IMG/VR virus record: IMGVR_UViG_3300036790_000296
Location: 1 to 63,397 of that record
DNA from: a virus
Lineage: Duplodnaviria > Caudoviricetes
Strand: one strand, 5' to 3'
Length of the DNA: 63,397 nt
The translations under genes were made by a program, and so were the position numbers. Numbering within the stretch: position 1 is the first letter of the stretch; each line of letters begins with the position of its first letter. The notes under the pieces are model-generated. The model did not search any database, was not told the DNA's origin, and was given only the letters and a program-made list of their open reading frames with translations. Positions 1-7,208 of the stretch are shown here, piece by piece.

Positions 1-140
1 TGCTTGAACGTAGGTTTCAACCAGCTTGGTTGCATCGTCCTTATCTGGCCCATGTTTGTTAGCGTCCAGGTTGATTTGGGCATGAAATGCTCCTTCTGCC
101 AGCGAAAGCAGAAACTTTATTTGCGTGTCTTTGCCTTTTC
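1..140. repeat. Terminal overlap, copy 1 (circular contig)
   Basis: Identical to 63258-63397 except A19 vs G63276; an ORF reads through the junction. Confidence 0.95.
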
Positions 141-222
141 CGGCTTGTTCACCTAGCTCCTTGGCTTTAAGGTCCAACGCGGCGAACGTGTAACCGTTAG
201 TTTGTATTGTGGGGGTATTCAT
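1..222 (-). CDS. 5' part of junction-spanning hypothetical protein (~231 aa, continues 63257-62784)
   Basis: AAGGAG SD then ATG at 222 (MNTPTIQTNGYTFAALDLKAKELGEQAGKGKD...), in frame with ORF 62784..63242 after circularisation. Confidence 0.85.
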   Translation of the reverse strand, partial: MNTPTIQTNGYTFAALDLKAKELGEQAGKGKDTQIKFLLSLAEGAFHAQINLDANKHGPDKDDATKLVETYVQA

Positions 223-258
223 AGTTTGCTCCTTGCGGTTTGTGGTTTTGCGCGATTT

Positions 259-594
259 TTACCGTGCGGTAATTTCCCGCTTGGCAATCTCACCGCGTCG
301 CGCACACTCGGCGAATTGGAAACTATCGAACTTGCTATTGTCCGTAGCGCACACTATGCCGATTTGCGCAATAACCGTTTCCATAACGGCTTTACGCACC
401 ATCGGATCAGGCACATCCTCACTAATACCAGCTTCAATTAGCTGGCATGCAGTTGCGAACAACTTGTAGTGTTTCTTTGTCATTTTCCCGCCTCTTTCAT
501 CATATGCCCAAGCCCAATACTCTTGGAGGCCACTCCAATCAAGGCCATTTACGTACGCGTTCACCAACCTCGTATGGTCGTCGAGGTTATCCAT
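259..594 (-). CDS. Hypothetical protein
   Basis: 111 aa ORF in co-oriented early gene string. Confidence 0.6.
   Translation of the reverse strand: MDNLDDHTRLVNAYVNGLDWSGLQEYWAWAYDERGGKMTKKHYKLFATACQLIEAGISEDVPDPMVRKAVMETVIAQIGIVCATDNSKFDSFQFAECARRGEIAKREITAR
298..326. repeat. 29-bp direct repeat, copy 1
   Basis: TCGCGCACACTCGGCGAATTGGAAACTAT, identical at 917-945. Confidence 0.95.
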
Positions 595-618
595 GAAACA
601 ACCACGCTTATAGGGTTG

Positions 619-906
619 TTACCCACAGTCACTATCCGTTGTACGTGGGTGAAGGTAACCCCAATGATCGCCTTCAATAGTTATGTCGAATTCCCGTTTC
701 AATCGCTCAAAAGCTTCATCCGACCATGTTGCCATGACCTGTGCTCTGTATGGCGCAGGTCCTCCTTCGCCAATCGTACCTTGGCAGCTTGCATGAGTGC
801 GAACGCCTGGGATCGTATTTAGGTATTGGACCATTTCAGCAATACCCTCGTCTATATCGGCCCACACTTGGACAGGAACGGTTCTGTGAAAATCATTTGG
901 CATCAA
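619..906 (-). CDS. Small protein with TYW3-like N-terminal motif
   Basis: IDEGIAEMVQYLN...GVRTHASCQG resembles the ID..I..L...IN...TTSSCSG start of TYW3/Taw3. Confidence 0.55.
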   Translation of the reverse strand: MMPNDFHRTVPVQVWADIDEGIAEMVQYLNTIPGVRTHASCQGTIGEGGPAPYRAQVMATWSDEAFERLKREFDITIEGDHWGYLHPRTTDSDCG

Positions 907-916
907 CGTCTACCCC

Positions 917-945
917 TCGCGCACACTCGGCGAATTGGAAACTAT
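917..945. repeat. 29-bp direct repeat, copy 2
   Basis: Identical to 298-326; covers the stop codon of 942..1133. Confidence 0.95.
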
Positions 946-1133
946 ACATGAAACAACCACAGTACAAACGCCAGAAAGGCTATTCCTAGCGTAACGCCTA
1001 GCGCAAACCAGTCCACTTTTGTGAACGCATACAGGTCACGTGGTTGCGCATAAGCATCGTCGTGGTATATGCTATACGTATCAGGCTTCCTGGGCTTGAC
1101 GCGTATAAAGCGCTCTTTCGTGTTGCTCGCCAT
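942..1133 (-). CDS. Small membrane protein
   Basis: AAGGAG SD; C-terminal hydrophobic helix. Confidence 0.65.
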   Translation of the reverse strand: MASNTKERFIRVKPRKPDTYSIYHDDAYAQPRDLYAFTKVDWFALGVTLGIAFLAFVLWLFHV

Positions 1134-1136
1134 TGT

Positions 1137-1328
1137 TTACTCCTTGTCTTTAGGAACACGGCAATATTTACATGTCCACGAAATTGCTAGGAGAAGGGCT
1201 ATAACCCATGTTCCCATAACCCATCCGCGCCATTCCGTAAGGTACACCGTGCCGCCAAGTATAGCCAGCGCCCATATAAGCGAGCATACTTCACAAATAG
1301 CAAGTGGAACTGGGCTCCAATTTTTCAT
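1137..1328 (-). CDS. Small two-TM membrane protein
   Basis: GGAG SD; two hydrophobic segments. Confidence 0.65.
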   Translation of the reverse strand: MKNWSPVPLAICEVCSLIWALAILGGTVYLTEWRGWVMGTWVIALLLAISWTCKYCRVPKDKE

Positions 1329-1421
1329 TTTACACTCCCATTCCTAGTATGTAGCCAATAACAAGCCCGAACAGAAACACAGCAACAACCGCATCCCAGC
1401 GAACGTAAGGTGCTGCACGCA

Positions 1422-1673
1422 TCATACCCTCGCTACGTTCTTATACACGGTAGCGAAATAGGGGGTGTCATCGGCGGTTTCACGCGCTTCACTTTGTGGT
1501 GAAGCATCGTACCCGCCATTGCTGCCGTCTTTAAGCGGCTTGTCCAACCCCATGCGATGGTGCAGCATGCAACGGGCAAACGTGAACGGATCGCTCTTGT
1601 CGGATGCCGCATAGTTCACAATACCGTCAAGCATACGCTTCTCGTTATTGGCTACAGCGTCAACGTTGCTCAT
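1422..1673 (-). CDS. Hypothetical protein
   Basis: ATGA overlap with upstream ORF; AGGTGG SD. Confidence 0.65.
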   Translation of the reverse strand: MSNVDAVANNEKRMLDGIVNYAASDKSDPFTFARCMLHHRMGLDKPLKDGSNGGYDASPQSEARETADDTPYFATVYKNVARV

Positions 1674-1873
1674 TTTCCACCTTTTGTTCGGGTATACGGG
1701 TTATGGTGCGCGTTAACACGGGCACTGGCACGTGCAAATGCTGTTGCGCCAGCTTGCAACGCTTTAGCGGTGCCACCATGAAACGTGTAGCTGTATGGCG
1801 GGTTAGCCAAAGCAATTGTTGGCCAAATCACAATTAACGTGGCGAGCCGAAACAACCTGAATTTTTCTTGCAT
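1670..1873 (-). CDS. Small protein with putative signal peptide
   Basis: AAGGAG SD; basic N-terminus, hydrophobic core, ALA cleavage motif. Confidence 0.55.
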   Translation of the reverse strand: MQEKFRLFRLATLIVIWPTIALANPPYSYTFHGGTAKALQAGATAFARASARVNAHHNPYTRTKGGK

Positions 1874-2082
1874 TGTGCCAGTCTCCTTCGTTGTTCGTAT
1901 TTCACCAGGTCCATGTGTTCGTGTTGCTGTGTATTGGCCGCAAACTCGGCTAACTGTGCCACCGTGAACAAACGCAAACGTATAAGCATTTCTGCTCTAC
2001 AACGAGACTTTGGCGAAAGCATGTCGAATAGGGGTATTGTGTTGTCAAGCATTATACAGCTTTCAGGGTAATTGCACGACAC
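1834..2082 (-). CDS. Hypothetical protein
   Basis: Co-oriented ORF filling the gap; start uncertain. Confidence 0.4.
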   Translation of the reverse strand: MSCNYPESCIMLDNTIPLFDMLSPKSRCRAEMLIRLRLFTVAQLAEFAANTQQHEHMDLVKYEQRRRLAQCKKNSGCFGSPR

Positions 2083-2124
2083 CGTGCCACCACGCTAGAT
2101 ACGCAATGGCACGGTAGCTTGCAA

Positions 2125-2541
2125 TTACTTCCGGCCAAGACCTAGAACTTTACGCCATTGTGGTTTGCCGGTTTTCCACCAATTGTCCATTGCGGCCACG
2201 GCCTGCTTGGGCGTAATACCGGAATAACTCTTACTGATATTCTTAGGGAAAAATAATTCACTGAAAACCCCATTTGTGCCGCCATCGTTCACATAGTATC
2301 TGGCAGCGTCATCCTTGATACCCATAATCAGGGCCATGGTGCCCCCGATACATGACACAGAGCCGCACCCTCTGGTTAAACAACCCCAATTCATGTTAAA
2401 CGTGTGCTTGTTGTTTATGTATTTCGTTCGGGTTGGATCGTGTTCCAACAACCCCATTGCCAGCATATTTCGTGTGGCAACGAACGCACCCATTTCTGCA
2501 AACGTGATGCCACGCCGTTCATGGAAGGATTTCTTAGTCAT
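2125..2541 (-). CDS. Hypothetical phage protein
   Basis: AAGGAG SD; FNMNW...CGSVSCIGG...LFFP...ITPKQA pattern. Confidence 0.75.
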   Translation of the reverse strand: MTKKSFHERRGITFAEMGAFVATRNMLAMGLLEHDPTRTKYINNKHTFNMNWGCLTRGCGSVSCIGGTMALIMGIKDDAARYYVNDGGTNGVFSELFFPKNISKSYSGITPKQAVAAMDNWWKTGKPQWRKVLGLGRK

Positions 2542-2568
2542 TGCGATTTCTCCTTGTTGAATAGGGTT

Positions 2569-3071
2569 TTATGCTATTTTCCACTTCCGCACTTTAGCCA
2601 TATTTTTCAAGTGCGCGACCAACAACAAGCTTTCCTTCCCCAAATCTGTACCCCCACGGGTTTTAGTCCAATGGGCAACAGCTTGGCGAAAGGTAAAATA
2701 ACGGCAGCCGGCGATTATCACTGTATTATTTTTTTGTCTTGTGTGCATATAAACGTGAACCCGTCTGAGCGAGATGCAAATATAGGCGACATGGAAACAC
2801 GCGCATTACCATAAACATGCGCATTACCATAAACATACGCATTACCATAAACATACGCATTACCATAAACATGCGCATTACCGGAAACACACGCATTACC
2901 GGAAACACACGCATTACCGGAAACACACGCATCGCCGGAAACATGCGCATTACTGGAAACACGCGCATCACCATAAACATACGCAGTATTGGCTACCCAT
3001 CCGCCGCCATTTGGGTGCCTATGAGCCGCAACCGGCCCAGCCCCAAAATCGAATGTGGTGGTTTTGGTCAT
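2569..3071 (-). CDS. Hexapeptide-repeat (left-handed beta-helix-like) protein, split by a frameshift at an A7 run
   Basis: V(Y/S)G(N/D)Ax repeats from 18-bp tandem units ~2797-2985; frame 0 stops at 2718, the -1 frame continues IIAGCRYFTFRQAVAHWTKTRGG to TAA at 2569. Confidence 0.75.
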
Positions 3072-3259
3072 TGGGTATCTCCTATCTCGGCCATATCCAC
3101 GCCGAGGTTGCGAGAGTACATAACGTGGCTTGCCTTGTCAAAAGCTTCGCGCGTGAAGCTATCGAACTCGGCAAGTATTTCATCCTGGGTCCAATCCTCG
3201 ATAACCGGGTATACGCGATCATCGCTGGTAAGCCCATCCGGGCTATCTACCTCACACAT
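3068..3259 (-). CDS. Small acidic hypothetical protein
   Basis: ATGA coupling to the downstream gene. Confidence 0.5.
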   Translation of the reverse strand: MCEVDSPDGLTSDDRVYPVIEDWTQDEILAEFDSFTREAFDKASHVMYSRNLGVDMAEIGDTQ

Positions 3260-3274
3260 TGGGTTTTTCTCGCG

Positions 3275-3469
3275 CTACCGTTGGTTTGCATCAAGAATTT
3301 GCTGCCAGAACCACCGATCTTCGGCAGTGCGTGCAACCGAACGTTGTTGCAGCGCATGTGCGATACGCTGTACGCGCAGCCACTGTCGATCACCTTTAAG
3401 GAAGGCATCAACCTTTTGCTGCATGGCATCGGCCCAAGTGTTAAGAGAAGATTTCATGGTATGCTCCAT
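3275..3469 (-). CDS. Small hypothetical protein
   Basis: Co-oriented ORF; GGAG before internal ATG. Confidence 0.55.
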   Translation of the reverse strand: MEHTMKSSLNTWADAMQQKVDAFLKGDRQWLRVQRIAHALQQRSVARTAEDRWFWQQILDANQR

Positions 3470-3717
3470 AGGGTTGTGGGTGAAACCGTGTTACCGTTGC
3501 GGTAACGTTACAGTAAGATTACCTTTGAACCGTAGTGAATGAAGCGGCGGCTGTAGCGGGAGCGGGCGAGTTCGCCGAAAAGCAGCGCTTCGGTGCAGAA
3601 CACGACCCATTTAGGGCCGTTCAGGGTTTTGCGGTATAGCGTCCAATGTTGGGGCATTGCGGCGTCCTTTCGGGTTTTGGAGCGGCGCGCACCGTGCCGC
3701 GCCCTCGCCGCGTCGCG

Positions 3718-3999
3718 CTACGTAACGCAATGGCGTCTTAGCATCTGCCGTGCCGCCGCAAGGCCTTTTGCACCCTGAATGGGGTTACGCCACGTACCAT
3801 TGTGCGTAACGGTGTCCTGCCCTTCCCCTGTCAATGTGTAGGCTATATTGTTGTGCATGGCAGCGCCAGTGGCGGCCCATTGGGTTATGAGGTTACTATT
3901 CACGTCATGGGGCAGCAAGGCGAGCAATTCTCTCCATGTCATGTAGGTTGAACTGTCATTCGTTTCAACCTTAACGAGTGTTTTTAGGCTCAGCGGCAT
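3718..3999 (-). CDS. First gene of leftward early arm, hypothetical
   Basis: GGAG SD, just downstream of a near-consensus promoter. Confidence 0.65.
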   Translation of the reverse strand: MPLSLKTLVKVETNDSSTYMTWRELLALLPHDVNSNLITQWAATGAAMHNNIAYTLTGEGQDTVTHNGTWRNPIQGAKGLAAARQMLRRHCVT

Positions 4000-4033
4000 A
4001 AAAATCTCCGTATACCAGTTATAGGGTCGGTTC

Positions 4034-4062
4034 TTTATAAAGCATTAGTGATTGGGTGTCAA
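4034..4062 (-). promoter_or_regulatory. Sigma70-type early promoter
   Basis: TTGACA-17 nt-TATAAA on the minus strand. Confidence 0.8.
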
Positions 4063-4079
4063 TGGAGGGGTCCGGGAGA

Positions 4080-4480
4080 ATTAGAATTAAAAATAGCGTA
4101 TATGCGGCATGGGCTTACAACCGTTTTACCGTTAATCGAGAAAAAGAAAACATAACTATACTATTCGACTATTAAGTAGTATACTTAGTATATATACTAT
4201 GTATGCCGTAGACCTGTTATCAGCCGTATACAAAGAAAGTATACCACTTAGTTGCCGTACAGGGGTCTCTTGTTTTTAAAACTGCGAATAAGATGCTTCG
4301 TGCCGATTTCACACGTAAAATCATACACTTATTCAAATGCTTATTCTTATTCAGCGTGTTTTAGAACCTTTCACTATGTTACCGATTGTTGCTAATTCAC
4401 TATGATTTCGTTAAAACGTATACCTGCTATGCGTTATTCGCATACTTGCATAGCTGCTGCGCGACGCGGCGAGAGTGTAG
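4080..4480. other. AT-rich non-coding strand-switch region; candidate origin or genome-end region
   Basis: Longest gene-free stretch; palindrome TAGTATATATACTA 4186-4199; short repeats CTTATTC x3 and TTCACTATG x2. Confidence 0.45.
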
Positions 4481-4516
4481 CCCGGCCAAAACGGCTCGGC
4501 CAAAAGGAGACTGAAA

Positions 4517-4870
4517 ATGACATTCGCACCTAAGACCAAAGTGAATACCGAAGGACAGACCAAAGCGGTATGGTACAAAATGGCCGTATTCGGTGAAAAC
4601 GGTAAAATCGTGCAACCTTGCCTGTTTCCGGCGGCGACTATCGCCAAGCTTGAAGCGGCCCATGCCCTTAAGGTCCAGGCTGCGCAATTGCAGAGCGAGG
4701 CGTTCAAAGACGTGCTCGCCAACGCCCAGCGGTATGCGTTCAATGGTGCACGCATCCTGCATGACGGTGATGCTCTGGTTGTCGGGGACAACTTCGGCGC
4801 TATCAGCGTCATGTCGGCTTCGCCCCGAGCTCGATCCGTCAAGGGCGCGGTGACGATGTTGAAGGGTTAG
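4517..4870 (+). CDS. Hypothetical protein
   Basis: AAGGAG SD; 117 aa; followed by two strong hairpins. Confidence 0.75.
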   Translation: MTFAPKTKVNTEGQTKAVWYKMAVFGENGKIVQPCLFPAATIAKLEAAHALKVQAAQLQSEAFKDVLANAQRYAFNGARILHDGDALVVGDNFGAISVMSASPRARSVKGAVTMLKG

Positions 4871-4880
4871 AGCTCGACCG

Positions 4881-4953
4881 GGGTGCGACGTAGGACCGTC
4901 GCACCCTGCTAGTTCCAGCCTGGGCGCGGGTATGACCCCCCGCCCAGGCTGGA
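4881..4953 (+). terminator. Tandem GC-rich hairpins (terminator or processing site)
   Basis: GGGTGCGACG/CGTCGCACCC and TCCAGCCTGGGCG/CGCCCAGGCTGGA; no clear U tract. Confidence 0.45.
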
Positions 4954-5139
4954 CAGGCGGCCTTTGTCGGCGCGAAGAAAACCCCCTTTAGGCATATATT
5001 TTGTAAAATTAAGGTTGTTAACTATTTGTTAGTAAATAGGTGGCACGGTAACACAGGTGCCTTCATCACCCTGCCTCCCGGCTACACCACCTGCGCGAAG
5101 CAGAGCCGGGAGGTAACACCCCTTAACCCCGGAGCCCAC

Positions 5140-5463
5140 ATGGCGAATAAAATATCTTTGGCGCTGGCTCTGTTCGTTATATTTGTGGTTGGGGTATTTG
5201 TAGACAAGTGCGCTGCCAATGCGGATGAAATCCTTACACCATTTGAAATTACCGCAACGGTAACGCTGCCGAGTGGGCAAACAAAAACATTTGAATACAC
5301 GCCTACCGGTACACGGCAATTATTCAAGAGCCAGGACGAGTGTATGAAGTTCATTGGCTCGGACGAGTTCGCCCCTATGTTGAAGTCTCTTGCGGATGTT
5401 AACCCCCACACCGCCATACGTGTAAACTGTGTTGCTGTCCCCGTTCCGGGGGATAGCATCTAA
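5140..5463 (+). CDS. Exported or membrane-anchored protein
   Basis: GGAG SD; hydrophobic N-terminus ending AANA; further Cys in the mature part. Confidence 0.7.
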   Translation: MANKISLALALFVIFVVGVFVDKCAANADEILTPFEITATVTLPSGQTKTFEYTPTGTRQLFKSQDECMKFIGSDEFAPMLKSLADVNPHTAIRVNCVAVPVPGDSI

Positions 5464-5469
5464 TCCAGC

Positions 5470-5646
5470 CGAACGGCAGTATGCCGTGACGCTTGAACGG
5501 GGACCCGGTAGCGTTTAAGCTACTGACAACGAGCGCCGGGTCCCCAACCATTCCTTCATAAAATCGTGCTCTAGTATGCCGGGGCTCAGTTTGCTCTATT
5601 GCGTACTTGAGGTACGCGTTGTTGGGGGTATGAGCGGACTGAGCCC
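5470..5646 (+). ncRNA. Candidate structured small RNA(s)
   Basis: Stems GGGGACCCGG/CCGGGTCCCC and GGGCTCAGTTTGCTC/GAGCGGACTGAGCCC, each enclosing a short internal hairpin; intergenic. Confidence 0.35.
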
Positions 5647-5712
5647 TACTTAATTTTCTATTTACTTATCTAAAGCACTCTGTTATGGTATTCCCAACCC
5701 CAGGGGCTTGCC

Positions 5713-6336
5713 ATGAGCGCAATTTTAACGGCCGATGTTGATAGTATCGCTATTCCGGTGTACCTTGCCGAAATTGCAGCACGCCTCGCTAACGAGGGTA
5801 TACCGGTTTCAGCTATCGCAAGGTCATTGGCACTCCCTGCCGAAGATATACGAGAAGCATTAGAAATGTCACTTGGCCAGGGTGTGATTGTGGAAATCCC
5901 TCCCGGTGACTGGCCGCCCACTGGAAAACGTGCTGATCGCCTCCCCCTGCATAATAATAATAATAATAATAAACCCACTGATACGGATACGCTGCTTGCT
6001 TGCCAGCGTGCATTCAAGCTTACCCGGCTTATGGCGGGGTTTCTGGTTGTGTTGTTGAAACGCGATGAAGTTGAAAAGAGCACATTCCATAACGTGATCG
6101 AGAACCAGCGCGCCACGCGCAGTACCCGCCCTAACGACCTTGAGACTACTGACCCCAAGATGGTGGATGTTATTATCTGCAAGCTGCGCGAACGCCTACG
6201 GCCATTCGGGCTTAAAATTGACACCATGTGGGGGCATGGATATTTTATGAGCATGGAGATGCGTATGAAGGCCCACGAAATGCTTAAGTCCACCCCACTT
6301 GGAGAGGAAGCACCGCATGACATCACCGCTCATTAG
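5713..6336 (+). CDS. Transcription regulator: N-terminal HTH-like segment plus CtrA-like OmpR/PhoB winged helix, no receiver domain
   Basis: DPKMVDVIICKLRERL...IDTMWGHGY matches the CtrA C-terminus (KIIDVFICKLRKKL...IETVWGRGY). Confidence 0.8.
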   Translation: MSAILTADVDSIAIPVYLAEIAARLANEGIPVSAIARSLALPAEDIREALEMSLGQGVIVEIPPGDWPPTGKRADRLPLHNNNNNNKPTDTDTLLACQRAFKLTRLMAGFLVVLLKRDEVEKSTFHNVIENQRATRSTRPNDLETTDPKMVDVIICKLRERLRPFGLKIDTMWGHGYFMSMEMRMKAHEMLKSTPLGEEAPHDITAH

Positions 6337-6682
6337 AGAGGACGTTATTAAAAATACGCTGTCGTTGCCGGTGGTTACGGAGCATATTGACCAGTTAAAC
6401 ATGGCAAATATGCTAGCTATTCTTGACGGGTACGACCGGAAATTGCTGCGCGACGAGTTTTCTAAAATTCTCAGTACGGGGTTTCAGTTTTTCGACGCAT
6501 CGGCACGGCTCGATCTTATTTTTAGCCTTAAGAAACTGTTTGAAGCTGAAGCGCCACAACAGAAATTATTAGATGAAGCTGCGGTAGGATTAACCCAACG
6601 TGCCGACCATTGGCGTAAACGTCTGTATGAGATCATGGAGGTAGTGTCACAATGTCCGGGGGACCAGGACACTATTAATTAG
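6317..6682 (+). CDS. Hypothetical helical protein
   Basis: GAGG SD; overlaps the end of the regulator gene. Confidence 0.65.
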   Translation: MTSPLIREDVIKNTLSLPVVTEHIDQLNMANMLAILDGYDRKLLRDEFSKILSTGFQFFDASARLDLIFSLKKLFEAEAPQQKLLDEAAVGLTQRADHWRKRLYEIMEVVSQCPGDQDTIN

Positions 6683-6753
6683 GGTATACTCATATAAGGT
6701 GACTTGAGTGGCTGCTCGATACTTGACGGTGGACAAGGTAGGGTGGTGGGATT

Positions 6754-7203
6754 GTGACCACAATAGACTTGAGCAGGGGCGCTATGAACGCGTCTGTAAG
6801 GCCGATGGAAAATAACGGGCTGTCATATTGGGCACAGTATTTTTTTGCTGTAGGTGGTACAATTGGCACCCTTACGGGTATTTTATCCCCAATAATTGGC
6901 TTTTGTGCAGGTGTTTTAATTGTTATTTGGACCCTGGTTCAACTTTCAGAAAGTCGCACCGTACGAAACACAATACAAGCCAGGCGACTGAAAAAACTTG
7001 TAAAGTTGCGCGCCAAAGCTGTTGCGTTGGAGTTGACCATGCGCAATAACAGTACGGGATTGCGTGGTTTGCACCGTGCCAATGCGGTGCATCTTGCGGC
7101 TGAACAGGCTTCAACAGACCTTACAAAGTCTGATTTGGTAGCCGAGGAAGCTGAGAAAACGCGCAGCGCGCTTGAAAAGAGCCTTGCTAATCTAAAAGAT
7201 TAA
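6754..7203 (+). CDS. Membrane protein with cytoplasmic coiled coil (holin-like or antiholin-like)
   Basis: Hydrophobic segments followed by a basic stretch; start uncertain. Confidence 0.55.
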   Translation: MTTIDLSRGAMNASVRPMENNGLSYWAQYFFAVGGTIGTLTGILSPIIGFCAGVLIVIWTLVQLSESRTVRNTIQARRLKKLVKLRAKAVALELTMRNNSTGLRGLHRANAVHLAAEQASTDLTKSDLVAEEAEKTRSALEKSLANLKD

Positions 7204-7208
7204 AGTAT

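Noticed and set aside
2797-2985. CRISPR array
   Set aside because: Contiguous 18-bp coding tandem repeat without spacers; the Cas4-like gene sits in a replication cluster with no other cas genes.
5499-5550. tRNA gene
   Set aside because: Only 52 nt, no T-loop TTCGA or anticodon arm, and the CCA is offset by one base from the stem.
5075-5646. Hammerhead or HDV-like ribozymes
   Set aside because: Catalytic cores (CUGAnGA with GAAA; nested HDV pseudoknot) were not found.
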